A DNA stretch of 64,000 nucleotides from Octopus vulgaris (Eukaryota). The position numbers and the translations under genes were made by a program. Shown piece by piece: positions 37,993 to 50,759 of the stretch. The notes below the pieces were generated by a model. That model saw only the letters and a list, made by a program, of their open reading frames with translations. It made no database searches and had not been told where the DNA came from. The DNA is taken from assembly GCA_951406725.2 (NCBI GenBank), contig OX597818.1:113150001-113214000 (forward strand). The letters are read 5' to 3'. Positions within the stretch are counted from its first letter, which is position 1. Every line of letters starts with the position of its first letter.

Positions 37993-39879
37993 TCAACTAT
38001 AAAACACCTTTGATAACGAGTATTGTTTTCCTGACAGAGGAGCTTAACTCTGAACCTCAATAAGAATATCTAACTATAATTATTATTCTGGCAGCAATGG
38101 CACTTCAGTTTCTTTGGACTTCATTTTCGTTGATAATTTGAAGTGAAAAGATATTTAGGGATAAGCAACAAGTCGTTTTCAAAAACTTACACAGGTCTGC
38201 CCAGAGTTGAGTAAGATATGAGTGTGAGTGTGTGTTATTTTTGTGTGTGTGTGTATAATGCTAATCCATATTCATGCCATAATCATTCGGTGATCCGAAG
38301 GGGCGATGAAACTAAGCTGTAAAACATTCTTTGGTCAGACCATCTTTTAAATTAAGTTATTAGTTTCAACGGATAGTATCCACGTGTGCGCGCGCGCGCG
38401 TCTGTGTGTACAGATATGAGAGTTTCTATTTTGGTAAATGACCCTATAATAGTTTACATTTAATTCCAGTTTGTTTCCCAACAACCTGCCATATTTAATT
38501 ACTTTTACTATCATTTGCAAATTTGAAATTTTGACTCTAATACGATTAATACGTCCCGGTTGTAAAGACATGTGACATCGGTTATAAAATTCTTAATAAA
38601 AGGATTTTATGGGTTACATTAAAATTCTTCAATTCTGTAATCTTAGCTTAAAGTATTGCAATACGATACAGAAACATCAGATCGTTTACAGACATTTAGT
38701 CGCAGAATGCTGGCGTTTTGCCATTGCTGGCCTTTAGTGGAATTCTGGAAGAAATAAGTTCAACAAAAGTCAAGGCAAATGTAACAGATCAGACAGGTTT
38801 TACGACGTAGTTGACAAAGGAAACGATTTCTCTCTTTATGTCGATGTTTCTATTGTGTTCTCTGATTTAAACAAAGAAAGTATTTACAACTAACTCCTTT
38901 GTACCTAGTGAACTTGCGATATGGTTTCGATTCTAAACTAGAGTATATTGTCTATGCATTTATGACTATACAATTTTTTTTTTATTAATCATTGTTATGA
39001 CAAGGTATTTATATTTTAGTTTTCATAGCCTTTATTGTGAGGCAAAAGAAGTATTCTATTAATTTTCATAATAAAAATACAGAACGGGAATTTGGCAGCG
39101 CCACCTATAGCCGAACAATTATTCTGTGTTGATGAAGGGAAATAACCCGGAAATCGCGATACACAGATATTGTTTTCAGCTGAGTTGGGGTTCTAGATTC
39201 CCTTGTTCGAAAATATAAGGACACAGATCGCATCGTATAGCCAGCTGGAGACGTTGTCTCCTGGGGCTAAATTATAGCAACTTTCGTCCTAAACCAGGAC
39301 TGCCATGTTATGTTGGCAAATAATCTTTACTCCAAAAATACAGTTATTCTATTATTCTGTTATGTTTCAGCCCTAAGGTTGTGGTCATGCTGGGGCACTG
39401 CCGGTGTGATGACCTTTTAATTGACCAATTCTATGTGATTGGCTTTAGGTAAAGGAGCGGGTTCGACACTGCTGTCCTCTTTTAAGTTTCCTGCCTTTGA
39501 TATTGGTTCATCTGGGATCTCGAATAGCAGTTGTAGCAATTATTTTAGCGGAAAACTGCACAATAAACAAGTATTAGTGATCCAGGTAAAAACATAGTTG
39601 ATGCTGAAATGTTTACTGACTACTAAGCATACAGATGCTAAAATATGTAACATCTATCCACAGATGCTAATATACATATACAATTACTGTGCAATTTGAC
39701 CTAATGCAAAAAGTATAGGTAAGGCAAGGCAAAACATCATTATATAATATGATTCACCCCCACGCCAGGAATGAAATAGCTCCCAATGCTTGTAGGATGG
39801 CTGTCACTGATAGATTTCTGCGACTGGTCATTCATATTACAGTTTTCATTTTATGAAGCAATCACGGACCGGAAGGGAG

Positions 39880-40262
39880 TTCATTGCTTTCTAGAATGCC
39901 GTCATATGTTTTACTCTTCTAAATTTGTCCAGATTCCATTTAAAGAGGAAGGGATCCTTTTCCTCTTTGATCTGTTTTGGAACAATGTTAAATAGGGCAG
40001 GGCCTCTTGAAGAAAAGAAACTGTGTTGTAGTGTAGCAGTGTGTTCATCTGCTGTGATCCTGAACTGGGTAGGGGACGTATGGCCCGTGGTCCTAGCCTT
40101 GGATGAATTTTGAAGCTAATGTTGAGATCGTGTGGGCAATGCTTGCGATATATTCTGCACATCTTGCAAATGATGTATCGTTCGTGGCGGCGCTGCAGAG
40201 ATTAGAGCTTCAATGCTTTAAGACGGTCCTAGTAATCGAGATCAGTTATGCCTCTGGGGTGA
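39880..40262 (-). pseudogene. CR1-clade LINE, 3' end of RT ORF
   Basis: DLDY*DRLKALKL*SLQRRHERYII...HPRLG...GPALFNIVPKQIK...FKWNLDKF. Confidence 0.8.
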
Positions 40263-40298
40263 TTCAATTTTCGAGATGTTTTGCATATATATATATAT

Positions 40299-40508
40299 AG
40301 TTGAAATTTACATAAAGACAAAAGACGAAGACAGATGTATACACAACAAACAGATGTTAGTTTGATGCTCGGGAAGGTGAGAAAGACTTTTACGTTTCGA
40401 ACCTACGCACTTCAAAAGAAAGGAACACAAGGTAATAAACAGAGAGAGAGAATAAAAATCTAACTTGTGGCGTTAGCGGTCAGTCATGGCGACTGGTTGG
40501 ACAAAGGT
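40299..40508 (-). mobile_element. ~210 bp insert flanked by (TA)n with a degenerate HHR-like motif (family H3; probable PLE terminal repeat)
   Basis: rc of 40387-40423: cttt-CTTTTGA-a-gtgc-gtag-gttc-GAAA-cg-TA-aaag; (TA)n on both sides. Confidence 0.45.
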
Positions 40509-40534
40509 GTATATATATATATATATAATTTTAA

Positions 40535-40920
40535 AGGCAGCGAACTTGTAGAATCGTTAGCAAATGCTTAGCGGTATTTCGTCTGCCATTACGTTCTGAG
40601 TTCAAATTCCGCCGAGGTCGACTTTGGCTTTCATCCTTTCGGCGTCGATAAATTAAGTACCAGTTACGCACTGGGGTCGATGTAATCGGCTTAATCCGTT
40701 TGTCTGTCCTTGTTTGTGCCCTCTGTGTTTAGCCCCTTGTGGGTAGTAAAGAAATAGGTATTTCGTCCGTCTTTACATTATAAGTTCAAATTCCGCCAAG
40801 GTCAGTTTTGGCTTTCATCCTTTAGAGTCGATGAAATATGTAACGTTTGATCACTAGGGTTGGTGTAATCGACTTACTCATTTTCCTAAACTTGCAGGCA
40901 TTGTGCCAAAGTTTGGAACC
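40535..40920 (+). mobile_element. Family B SINE composite (head-body-tail1 then body-tail2)
   Basis: gagttcaaattccgccgaggtcgac...gtagtaaagaaata|ggtatttcgtc...gttcaaattccgccaagg. Confidence 0.9.
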
Positions 40921-41679
40921 TGTATATAGTTCATTATGGCCTTCATTCAGAGAAATATTAGTCGGTCTCTCTTTCATTCTCCCACCTCATTTCATTACTT
41001 TTTCATAGCACTATATTTCTACTGTCGATGGTACATTGTTATCGATATTGTGAGATAATCCATAGCCTTATTTCTCTGTGAATTATGGAAGGCGGGTTCA
41101 CATTATACTTTCATAATTACTGCATTCTAATAAAGAGCTTTGTGACACATTTTAGCGTGCACTGCATTAATTACTATCGTTGGCAAGTTGGATTCAAAAA
41201 CATTTTTATCTGGCTTCTAACCATTATAGTGTTGCTGTAGGATTCATAATATCATTGACACACTTCCATTACGAAGCACATTAGTTAGAAATCTTCCGCC
41301 GAAATGTAATCAGCTTCATAGATTTTCTGCCCATTTTGCATTCCAACACGATTCTCTAATTACTGAAATACAAATGCAATATCACAATTATTAGTGGAAT
41401 GTTTCAAATATGAGACTATGGATGACCAAGGGTGCAGCGCAATTATATTACAGCTTCGCAAATAATGAGGAAAACGATATTTTCTATCCTTTGGTCGTTT
41501 CTCTTTATAGAGAATATTTATTTATTCTCTTTAGATTATGGACACGAGCAGAAAACATTTTACAGAATTTCCTTTGTTTCTGCACCTTTTTAGAATAACA
41601 TTCTCCCATATCAGCGTTGTTCCTTAGCTTGCCGTATCATTCCTGACATTTAATAAATAGTTGTACTTCTTTGTAAGAC

Positions 41680-41897
41680 AGCAAGCATGCAGAATTGTTA
41701 ACAGGTCGAGGAAGATGCTTAACAGCACTTCGTCTGTCTCTAGGGTCTGAACTGAAATTCCGCTGAGATTGACATTGCCTTTCATAATTTCGGTGTCGAA
41801 AAAAAAAAAGTTTCCCTAAACCCCTGCAGCAGACTTAATCGACTTGACCCCTCACCACTCCCCAAAGAACTGCTGACCTTGTGCCAAAATTTGAAAC
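41680..41897 (+). mobile_element. Degenerate family B SINE
   Basis: gcagaattgtta...aaattccgctgagattgacattgcctttcat...ccttgtgccaaaatttgaaac. Confidence 0.7.
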
Positions 41898-41958
41898 TAA
41901 TATATAATTGTTATTCTCATGTTCCAATACGTGCATTGCAGTCAGAGAAAAATAAATA

Positions 41959-42191
41959 CAGGGTTGGCCAAAAGTCACCTGACAGTAAATCAAAACCATT
42001 TCATTCCAAGATTTATTTATGTTTAACAACTGAATGAATTTAATAAAAGCATCTGGATATGTAACATCATGAAAATTGGTCAAACTGAAGTCCTTCTGGA
42101 GCAACACATTTTCCAATTCGAGGCAATACAGAACTACAGATAGTATGCGTGAAATTTTGATTTACTATTGGGTGACCTTTAGCCAACCCTG
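41959..42191. mobile_element. Tc1/mariner-type MITE, 233 bp
   Basis: ~37 bp TIRs cagggttggccaaaagtcacctgacagtaaatcaaaa / ttttgatttactattgggtgacctttagccaaccctg with TA on both sides. Confidence 0.88.
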
Positions 42192-43452
42192 TATATTAGT
42201 AACGAATAGAAAATAACACTTCACAAGGAGATATATAAACGTATACGTGCGTGACATGTATAAATGTATGTTTCTATTTGTATAAAGTTATTTGTGATGT
42301 AGGTCTGGTTATAATGATTCCTTTCCAGACCTACGCTTAGGCGTTAAGGCGGCAGAATATATAACACTTGTTAAAATTGACGAAAATTTCGTTGACATAT
42401 TCTTGTTTGCCTAATGTCACCAGTTACTTCACTTATTCCATTGAAATACAACCCCTCACAAAAACTCAGGTATAAATGCACATACAGATGCATATTCAAA
42501 GAAATACACACACTCAGGCACAAGCAAATTGTATATAACACACACATATATATATATATATACATATACATATGAGTACGTATAAATGATTTGATTGGTA
42601 TTTTTTTAAGTACCGTTACATATTAGTTGAACCTTCACATCTTTGTATGTTCTGCAATATTCATTCTGAATATTTTTTTATTGAAATATGAAAAAGCATA
42701 AAACGTATGCACCATATTATCCGAGGTTCCCACAATAATTTATGTACGATTGTGCGAACAGCCGCATTGCCACAGCCATATTTATATTTATTTTAAATTC
42801 AAATCTACAATTTGCTGATACATACATAAATCAGTCTCTCTCTCTCTCTCTCTTTCTCTCTCACTGTGTTTGTGATGTGCGTACAATTGTATTTCTATCT
42901 GAAAGGCATGGTGTCAGCTGTTTTTATAGCTATTTATTTCCACGTATTTTCTTCAATTTATTATTATGAACTATAAAATATGAAGTTTGTTTAATATTCT
43001 CAGTATGCAAATAATAAAACCTGAAATCAATCCAGGAAATTTAATCGAATAATATTCAAACTTTAACAATAATTGACTTGAAATACCATGATGATGTCTC
43101 TAATATCGAGGTTAGTTACGCAACACCTGGCTTTCGTTCAAATTTATCTAATTTTCAAAATGATTGCCAATACGTAAACAAGTCTTAATGATTTTATAAC
43201 AATTTAAAATTTCTTGTTATTTGACCGCATATATTGTGCCAAGATTAGAAATTTGTGTTAATGGTTTTAGTCTAAATATATCAGATTTCTCCTTTTGGGG
43301 TTCACATTTTACAAATGGTTGTGACATGCAACGTTATCTAGACTAGTGAATAGTTTAGAATATTTTACGAAATGATTCAGGATTTATTTTTCCTAAAAAC
43401 TCAGTCGAAGTTTGTTGTACCGCTAAGTATATTCATATGTAATGAAATTTAC

Positions 43453-43457
<5 letters not shown>

Positions 43458-43508
<51 letters not shown>
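43458..43508. repeat. (TA)n microsatellite
   Basis: Directly visible. Confidence 0.95.
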
Positions 43509-43512
<4 letters not shown>

Positions 43513-43564
43513 CTACTGGGACATGTCATGTTAAATATATGTTTGGACGTGCGGTTTGGGAATA

Positions 43565-43732
43565 TTGGTTTCAAACTAAGCCACAAGGCCAGCAATTTCT
43601 GGGGAGCGGGTAAGTCGATTACATCCACCCCAGTGCTCAACTTGTACTTAATGTATCAAACCCGAAAGGAATGAGAGGCAAAGTCGAACTCAGCGAAATT
43701 TGAACTCAGAACGTAAAAACGGACGAAATGCC
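43565..43732 (-). mobile_element. Family B SINE, 5'-truncated
   Basis: gtcgattacatccaccccagtg...ggcaaagtcgaactcagcgaaatttgaactcagaacg. Confidence 0.85.
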
Positions 43733-44002
43733 ACGGTTTGGGAATACTGAGAATCAGTTAGATTTTTCTGATTTGGCTCCTTGCTGAAGTCTAGGATTAT
43801 ATTTAAGCATATGGCAATTTGAAACAGGGCAACTTTAAGACATGCGCATGAAAGCTATATTCTGGATAGTAATTTGCTATCACGTGAGATTTTCGAGACA
43901 TTAATGTCTCTTTAGTATTTGGTGGAGTGGTGCAAAAGAAAGAGCTTAATTAGAATTTTCGCCGAGCAAGAGTGACTGTATCTCTGCATATAAGTGCTTG
44001 TG

Positions 44003-44292
44003 AAGGCGCATCGCTTAATGGGTGGGGTAGTCGGTTATTGATTTCAAGGTCGTGAGTTCGATTCACGGTGGTGTGTTGCATCGTTGAGCTCACTCAGCTG
44101 ACGAAAATAATGAGTTTTACGTGTATTTCAAGGGAGGATCATCTTTATCACATTCTATGTCACGTTGTCTCTCCCTGAGACATGCGATACGAACGTGTAT
44201 CTGTGGAGTGCTCAGCCACTTTCACGTTGATATTACCAATTGATTGTTCCGTTGATCAGATCAACTGGCACCCTCGCTGCCGTAACCGACGG
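44003..44292 (+). mobile_element. Family C SINE
   Basis: aaggtcgtgagttcgattc B box; body ctgtggagtgctcagccact...cgtaaccgacgga colinear with 18913-19232. Confidence 0.75.
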
Positions 44293-46256
44293 ATTATTAG
44301 TTTAATGTAAATGCATATGTATCTTGACCACTCAGATACAAGCTGTTTGATCTTTAGAATGCAGGTCTTTGCACGCTCCACGGTCATTTCTTATAGAGAA
44401 ACTCCGTGGGAAACGCACAATAAATCTCTCACAACATATCGTCCTAATTATTTGCAGAGGGACCTACAGGTATGATTAGTTGCAGGTATGTTATTCCTCA
44501 GGATATTGATCACTTCTTTTCCAAAGTAAAATTACAGAGGGATGCGTAGGCACTTCCGGTGCCTAAGCGTCCCTCCAGAGATTGCTCACCTGTTAGTCTG
44601 GAATGACGAGTAGAAAACTTGATCTTAGGAAATCAATCCTAATTCTGAAACTGGTCAGCATCTGCATACCTGACGGCTGCTCATTCTTTGTAGTTGTGCT
44701 TTCATTGTCACATCTCATTCTCTAAAAAAGAGTTATAAATCGCTATTAGATAAATGATTAAGGCTCCGGTCAGCAAACCATTTAACCTATCGAATGTTAT
44801 TCTCGTCATGCTACACCGGTCGGACATATATTTGTCCACAAATAAGGATTCTGGGCACAGCAAATAGCTACCACCCCTAATTTAAATTTTATCACAATGT
44901 GGTGCTAGGTAACAAATAATTTTTTCCTTAATATATCGCACATATGGTATCTACACAAAACAGGATAGAATCAAGTTTTCTGTGTTGATTATCGTGACAG
45001 CGTTATTATCCTAGTCTCAGAGGCAGAACACACATCTTCAAACCCTTGTCTATCCACCTTAATTCTATCTGCTATCCAAATCCTTGATTCTTGTGCCATT
45101 AATGTCGAGTCTATCGTGACATGGTGGTGATATAATTCCCCACCAGGTCGCAACATCCATCGTTGTATGCTGCAGCCGATGCATGCGTTTTCAGTGATGT
45201 ACCTCCTTAATTTCATTCGTACAAACAAGACAAACGAATCAACATTTCACTCAGTAGTAAGATGCCATAATGTCTAAAGATGACTTATTAATTTTGAGCA
45301 GCCATATTAAATATTAGAAATTGCTGTTTACAAAATCACTTCCAAAATCGATTTTAGAACGAGGATGGAACTTAATTTAAATCTTGAAATACATAGTTTT
45401 AATGTTTTCCTCATATATTCCATAACAAAAATTTACATATCACATCGTTGCATCAAGACAACGTAAAGTACTTTGTTAAGAGCATGTTTTTAATTTCATG
45501 TTACATACATTTCAAATTCTTAGGCGTTTTTTTTTTTTACTTTTCCTCGACGTTATTCTCGTAAATGATGTTTTAATTTAATTTTCGCAGACATGTTTTA
45601 TCTTCTATCAAACTCTTCATATTTCAGAGACACAACCATTAACACAAATTAACTTATCTTCAATCAATGAAAACAGATTATTTTCTTCCAATTGCGTTAG
45701 ATTGAACTACGACAGCAAATTGAAATTTGAAGTGTTCTCTAAATAATTGCACACCTACATGCATACATATACATATGCTTACATATATACGTATATATAA
45801 ACTTAAGTATGTGTATCTATCTATCTATCTATCTACCTACCTACCTACCTATCTACCTACCTACCAATCTATGTATCTATTTATCTATGTATCTATCTAG
45901 GCTTGTATGTGTATGCTGCTACAAACAGGTATTATGTATCTGTGTTTAGTGTGGCTGTATGTTTGTGCGTGAGTGTATTTATGTGTATAAATATGCATAC
46001 ACCAATGTATGGACGGGTCTATGGCCGTATGCATTAATGGCAATATCGAGAGACCGGATGAATGTTTGCAGCAGTGTGTTTATTCAAGTCACCTGCCATT
46101 ATAGGCTGCTTATATATCCGATATAATAATGAAAAGCAATTATCTAATATACTATTGACGGATTTATTTAGTGCAGCTATACATGCGCATGTGTAACTAT
46201 GTATGCGTGCATACATATATGTATTATTTATTTATTGTGTGTGTGTACATATATTT

Positions 46257-46888
46257 TGTTATGGACGAGAAATTATCCGAATATAATTTCCGATCGTTCG
46301 TACAGCTCGAATTAGAACACTGGTCTGTGGTTCTGCAAGGCAAGCCGAAAAAACATAACTCATTGTGATCACGTGTGTGGTTAAAGCGTAGGCGGTATGA
46401 TTTGACACGCTTATTGTGTGGGCGGACTATAAGGACTACTAGCGAACACGTGGGGCGTTAATTTGGTGTTTGGGGCTGAGTGACAGCAGTTACTGTGTGG
46501 GTCGATATGAAGCAGTAGGTTCAGAGTCTACAGGAAGTCGATGCGATGGAAGTCGACGTGAGTGGTTTATGTGAATAGCTGGGCCGAGGTCGATGCCATG
46601 CGGCCAATGTGAGGTGATTGAGGTCGAGCAGTTCGTGTGGAACAGTTGACACCGTAATTAGTATCAGAACATTAGGATCTTTGGAAGGTTTTGAACTTGC
46701 TGCGAAAATAGTCTGTGGGAACTAAGCAACATAAAGAAAACGTAATGTTTACTGGACTAACGTAAATTCGGGAGTAACAACAGAGTCCAGTAAAAAAAAA
46801 AAAAGATAAAAGACATGAATAAAAGAAGAGCTCACCGAAAGAAGTCGGCACTACTTCAATACAGAGGTCCCGATGCATCTACGTAACG
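46257..46888 (+). mobile_element. Candidate solo LTR
   Basis: GC-richer block starting TGTTATG and ending CGTAAC(G); internal GGGCGG plus TATAA and a downstream AATAAA; no clean target-site duplication. Confidence 0.3.
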
Positions 46889-47235
46889 ATATGAAGGGAG
46901 TCCCCACAACATCGTTTGTTTTTACTCCGATCTTTTCCCTCAGAATATCGTCTGTTTTCAATCTGATGTTTTTACAGTGCGCACTCGTTAGGGTTAGTTT
47001 TATGCTTAGGGTTAGTGGATCTGTCCAGTTTAGCTCACAGATTTTTTAATTAATTTTTTTTTAACTAAACAGTTTCAAACTTAGCATACTGGTGGAATTT
47101 CTCACGCATAACACGATTTACTTTGAACATTTTTGCTTGGGTGTCAATCTGAGGATAGAGCAGAGGATTCCGAAAGAGTTGGATGAGTCTAATGGTGATT
47201 ACAGAGGCATAGCAGCTCCGAAAACACACTCTGAA

Positions 47236-47276
<41 letters not shown>

Positions 47277-47280
<4 letters not shown>

Positions 47281-47441
47281 TGTGTGGTAAGTGGCTTGCT
47301 TACCAGCCACATGATTCCGGGTTCAGTCCCACTGCGTGGCACCTTGGGCAACTGTCTTCTACTATAGCCTTGGGCCGACCAAACCCTTGTGAGTCGATTT
47401 GGTAGACGGAAACTGAAAGACGCCCGTCGTATATGTGTATG

Positions 47442-47492
<51 letters not shown>

Positions 47493-47632
47493 TTGTGTTC
47501 TGTGTTTGCCCCCCCCCCAACATCGCTTGACAACCGATGCTGGTGTGTTTACGTCCCCGTAAATTAGCGGTTCGGCGAAAGAAACTGATATAATAAGTTC
47601 TAGGCTTACAAAGAATAAGTCATGGGGTCGAT
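47277..47632 (+). mobile_element. Family A SINE, 3'-truncated
   Basis: tggctgtgtggtaag...gggttcagtccc...gaataagtcatggggtcga. Confidence 0.9.
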
Positions 47633-47724
47633 ATTTTTATTTAATTTTGGTAAATACATCTGTTAAATTGAGATGTTAGTGTTATTATAATTTTTGCGTA
47701 ATTTAGACGACGGTTTATTCACAG

Positions 47725-48082
47725 CATCCGTATATATATAAGGAGTGGGAATGAAATTTGGGCAAACTTTAACATAATTTAATTTACTTTAAGATATGGA
47801 TTACTTAAGTTTACTTTTAACCTTCTCATTCTAACAAACACCTAATAGATAGCTACCTCGCATTGTGGTCATGAGTGCACCAAATCTCACGTGTACGTAT
47901 GTTCAAATTTTCGCGGATGCTTCTTTGAGCGAGGGTACTCGCGCCATGCAGCTTACCCGAGGGCGTTTATACATCCATATTTGTTAACATTTAGTTTTGG
48001 CACTTTTCTCGCTGGATTGCGTGTTCGTTTCTCTTTTTGCCATCTGTAATTTTATTTTTGATCTATATAAATGAAGATATTT
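47725..48082. repeat. 358 bp inverted repeat, left copy (partner 50373-50730)
   Basis: Compared by eye base-for-base with rc of 50373-50730; no mismatch seen. Confidence 0.95.
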
Positions 48083-48083
48083 A

Positions 48084-48193
48084 GATGGGAAGTTCTGACT
48101 CTGCACAATTGGCTGATTTGGTCGGTATATATATATATATATATATATATACCGACCAAATCAGCCAATTGTGCAGAGTCAGAACTTCCCATC
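48084..48193. repeat. Perfect 110 bp palindrome: 42 bp arms around (TA)13
   Basis: gatgggaagttctgactctgcacaattggctgatttggtcgg-(TA)13-ccgaccaaatcagccaattgtgcagagtcagaacttcccatc. Confidence 0.95.
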
Positions 48194-48715
48194 GTGACGT
48201 CGAAACAGAGCGAAACACTGAGAAGATAGCTTGAATAGTTGTCGGTTATTTTATTGTACAATGTAACCGCTATTCCTACAATACCTGCTCTGTAACATTT
48301 ATAACTATTCTGGTTGAAGACTTCTGGCTAAAATTCGTGATAAGCAACATTAATATCATTGTATATGCTAGCTTTCAACATAATTCAGGAAATATCACTT
48401 GTAATATTACAAAGATAACGCACGTTATCAGAGTATGATAAATTTCCTGTTATTAGGAACATCAGTCCTGGTTTTCGGTTAATTTATATATCATCCTCAG
48501 TAGGAGATGATTTCTCTAAGAGTGGATGATATATTCAAGGCATTCCTCACATCTGACTATTACATGATGCAATAATTCTGCCTGTAAAAACATGCGCATA
48601 CCTAACAATCAAAAATACACATATGCAGGCAAATATGCATTCACATGAAATCCGCTGCATCAAATGTAAATTAGGATAACATCATAAAAAATTAATTCAA
48701 TACTTGTGAATATTA

Positions 48716-48850
48716 TCGGCAGAATCATTAGAGCACCAGAAAGAATTCGTTGCAGTATTCGTTCTGGCTCTTGACTCTCTGAGTTCAAATACGGTCGAGG
48801 GCAAATTTGATTTTCATCCTTCCGGGAATCGATGAAATACAGTTCCATTC
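48716..48850 (+). mobile_element. Degenerate family B SINE, 5' part
   Basis: ggcagaatcattag...ctgagttcaaatacggtcgagg...tttcatccttccggg. Confidence 0.65.
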
Positions 48851-49609
48851 ACAGACTTTGATCGATTGTATAAACTTTATAAGTTCTTTCAAACGCACTG
48901 GCTTTGTTTCTAAATCAAACCCATTATTTAATCTTAGTACTGGATTTTCTCTGGCTTTTAAAATGGCAACTTGAAAGTCAATTTTGCTATTCAATCACCA
49001 TTATTTTATAAACTACAAAAAAAAAAAGACAAGTGCTATATTGTTAAGGTCAGAATAATAACAAAACGCGTTTACATTTCTGGATGGTTTGACAGAAAAA
49101 GTAAACCAATATTTGTTATTGGCTGGTATCGTTGATTTCCCGCTGTAGAGTGCTTTCTCGTGTCAGTTTTTCCTAATACATAGATTTAATACATTTTCAG
49201 TTAATCATCTCGTACTTCTGATGGAAATGGTGTTCCGAATTATCGAATTTATTCAAAATTATATTTTAATATGCCAATAAATGTAGAATATTTTATATCC
49301 ACTTAAAGATTAGTTCTTCAAATCTTTAATAAGAAGAAACTATGACCACAGCTGTCAAAATCTATATACTACAGACACGAAAATATTTGTGACTTAATAA
49401 GTACCGAACTTTTTTGTGAAAGTATTAGCTTTAGTGTTTTTTAAGGTATAGTTGTATTATATGAATGATGTATTTGGTGACAATATTAAATCGAAAATGG
49501 TAAGGAATTCAGTGACACGAAAAGTAAAATGAACTACTTATCTTAACAGGTCCTCGTACACAAAGAAACGCAGACACATACGCATACACACACACACACA
49601 CACACACGC

Positions 49610-49666
<57 letters not shown>

Positions 49667-49826
49667 CATGGGTGGGTGGACTTTATTTTATAGAATCTGA
49701 AAGATTAAATGTCAAAGGTGATAGTAGCTGGAATTAAACACAGCACGCAGAGTGAAAAGGTTATTTATATGTGTTCGCGCATGCGTATGCACCGAGAATT
49801 AGGAAACGGTGGCGACCAAAGTTTTG

Positions 49827-49858
<32 letters not shown>

Positions 49859-50372
49859 GGTGTTTCTATGATTATGTATAGAGGGATATATATTATTCAA
49901 ATGAATTCCAAATCTGTCTGTTTTTGTTTTATTTATATTCTTTATAATATTAATGTAGAATATAGAATATATCGTATAAATAATATATATATAGTAAAAT
50001 GAAATGAAGTATTGATTGTCTTATTGAATAGATGAAATATTGAATATCAAATATTAAGGGACTAGCATACTAGCAGTCTTCAAGGTCCCAGATTGTGACA
50101 GGAGTGTTTCAACTATATATATATATATATGTATATATATATGGACACACATTATACACACACATATGTGTCAAATGAAAGATGGAGTATACGAGAGTAT
50201 ATTATTAACCATGACAATTGTTTCGACACATCTAGTGGGACACTCAACAACTGGTTCAAGTGAATCCGGCATCGCAGGTGTATTTCGTCAAGTGATAAAA
50301 GCAAATCGTTAAAATAACAGCTCCGCAATGTAACTTTTCGGTTTGTAGAAAGGAAAAGCAACCAAACGGAAG

Positions 50373-50730
50373 AAATATCTTCATTTATATAGATCAAAAA
50401 TAAAATTACAGATGGCAAAAAGAGAAACGAACACGCAATCCAGCGAGAAAAGTGCCAAAACTAAATGTTAACAAATATGGATGTATAAACGCCCTCGGGT
50501 AAGCTGCATGGCGCGAGTACCCTCGCTCAAAGAAGCATCCGCGAAAATTTGAACATACGTACACGTGAGATTTGGTGCACTCATGACCACAATGCGAGGT
50601 AGCTATCTATTAGGTGTTTGTTAGAATGAGAAGGTTAAAAGTAAACTTAAGTAATCCATATCTTAAAGTAAATTAAATTATGTTAAAGTTTGCCCAAATT
50701 TCATTCCCACTCCTTATATATATACGGATG
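50373..50730. repeat. 358 bp inverted repeat, right copy
   Basis: rc of 47725-48082. Confidence 0.95.
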
Positions 50731-50759
50731 AAATATATATATATATATATATCCTTTAT

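Noticed and set aside
39093-39112. CTCF-like motif (rc ctataggtggcgct)
   Set aside because: Partial match only, and such words are common in transposon ends.
44330-45240. Possible LINE endonuclease relic (DVCSASETRI on the minus strand)
   Set aside because: Single short motif that could not be extended.
47144-47200. CTGAGGA...GAAA possible hammerhead
   Set aside because: Stem II does not pair and stem I is weak.
47725-48125. rc of this block equals 48152-48193 joined to 50373-50730, and the skipped segment starts GT and ends AG, like a spliced retrocopy
   Set aside because: There is an extra base at the junction, the would-be acceptor is purine-rich with no pyrimidine tract, and there is no poly-A; a DNA foldback model is simpler.
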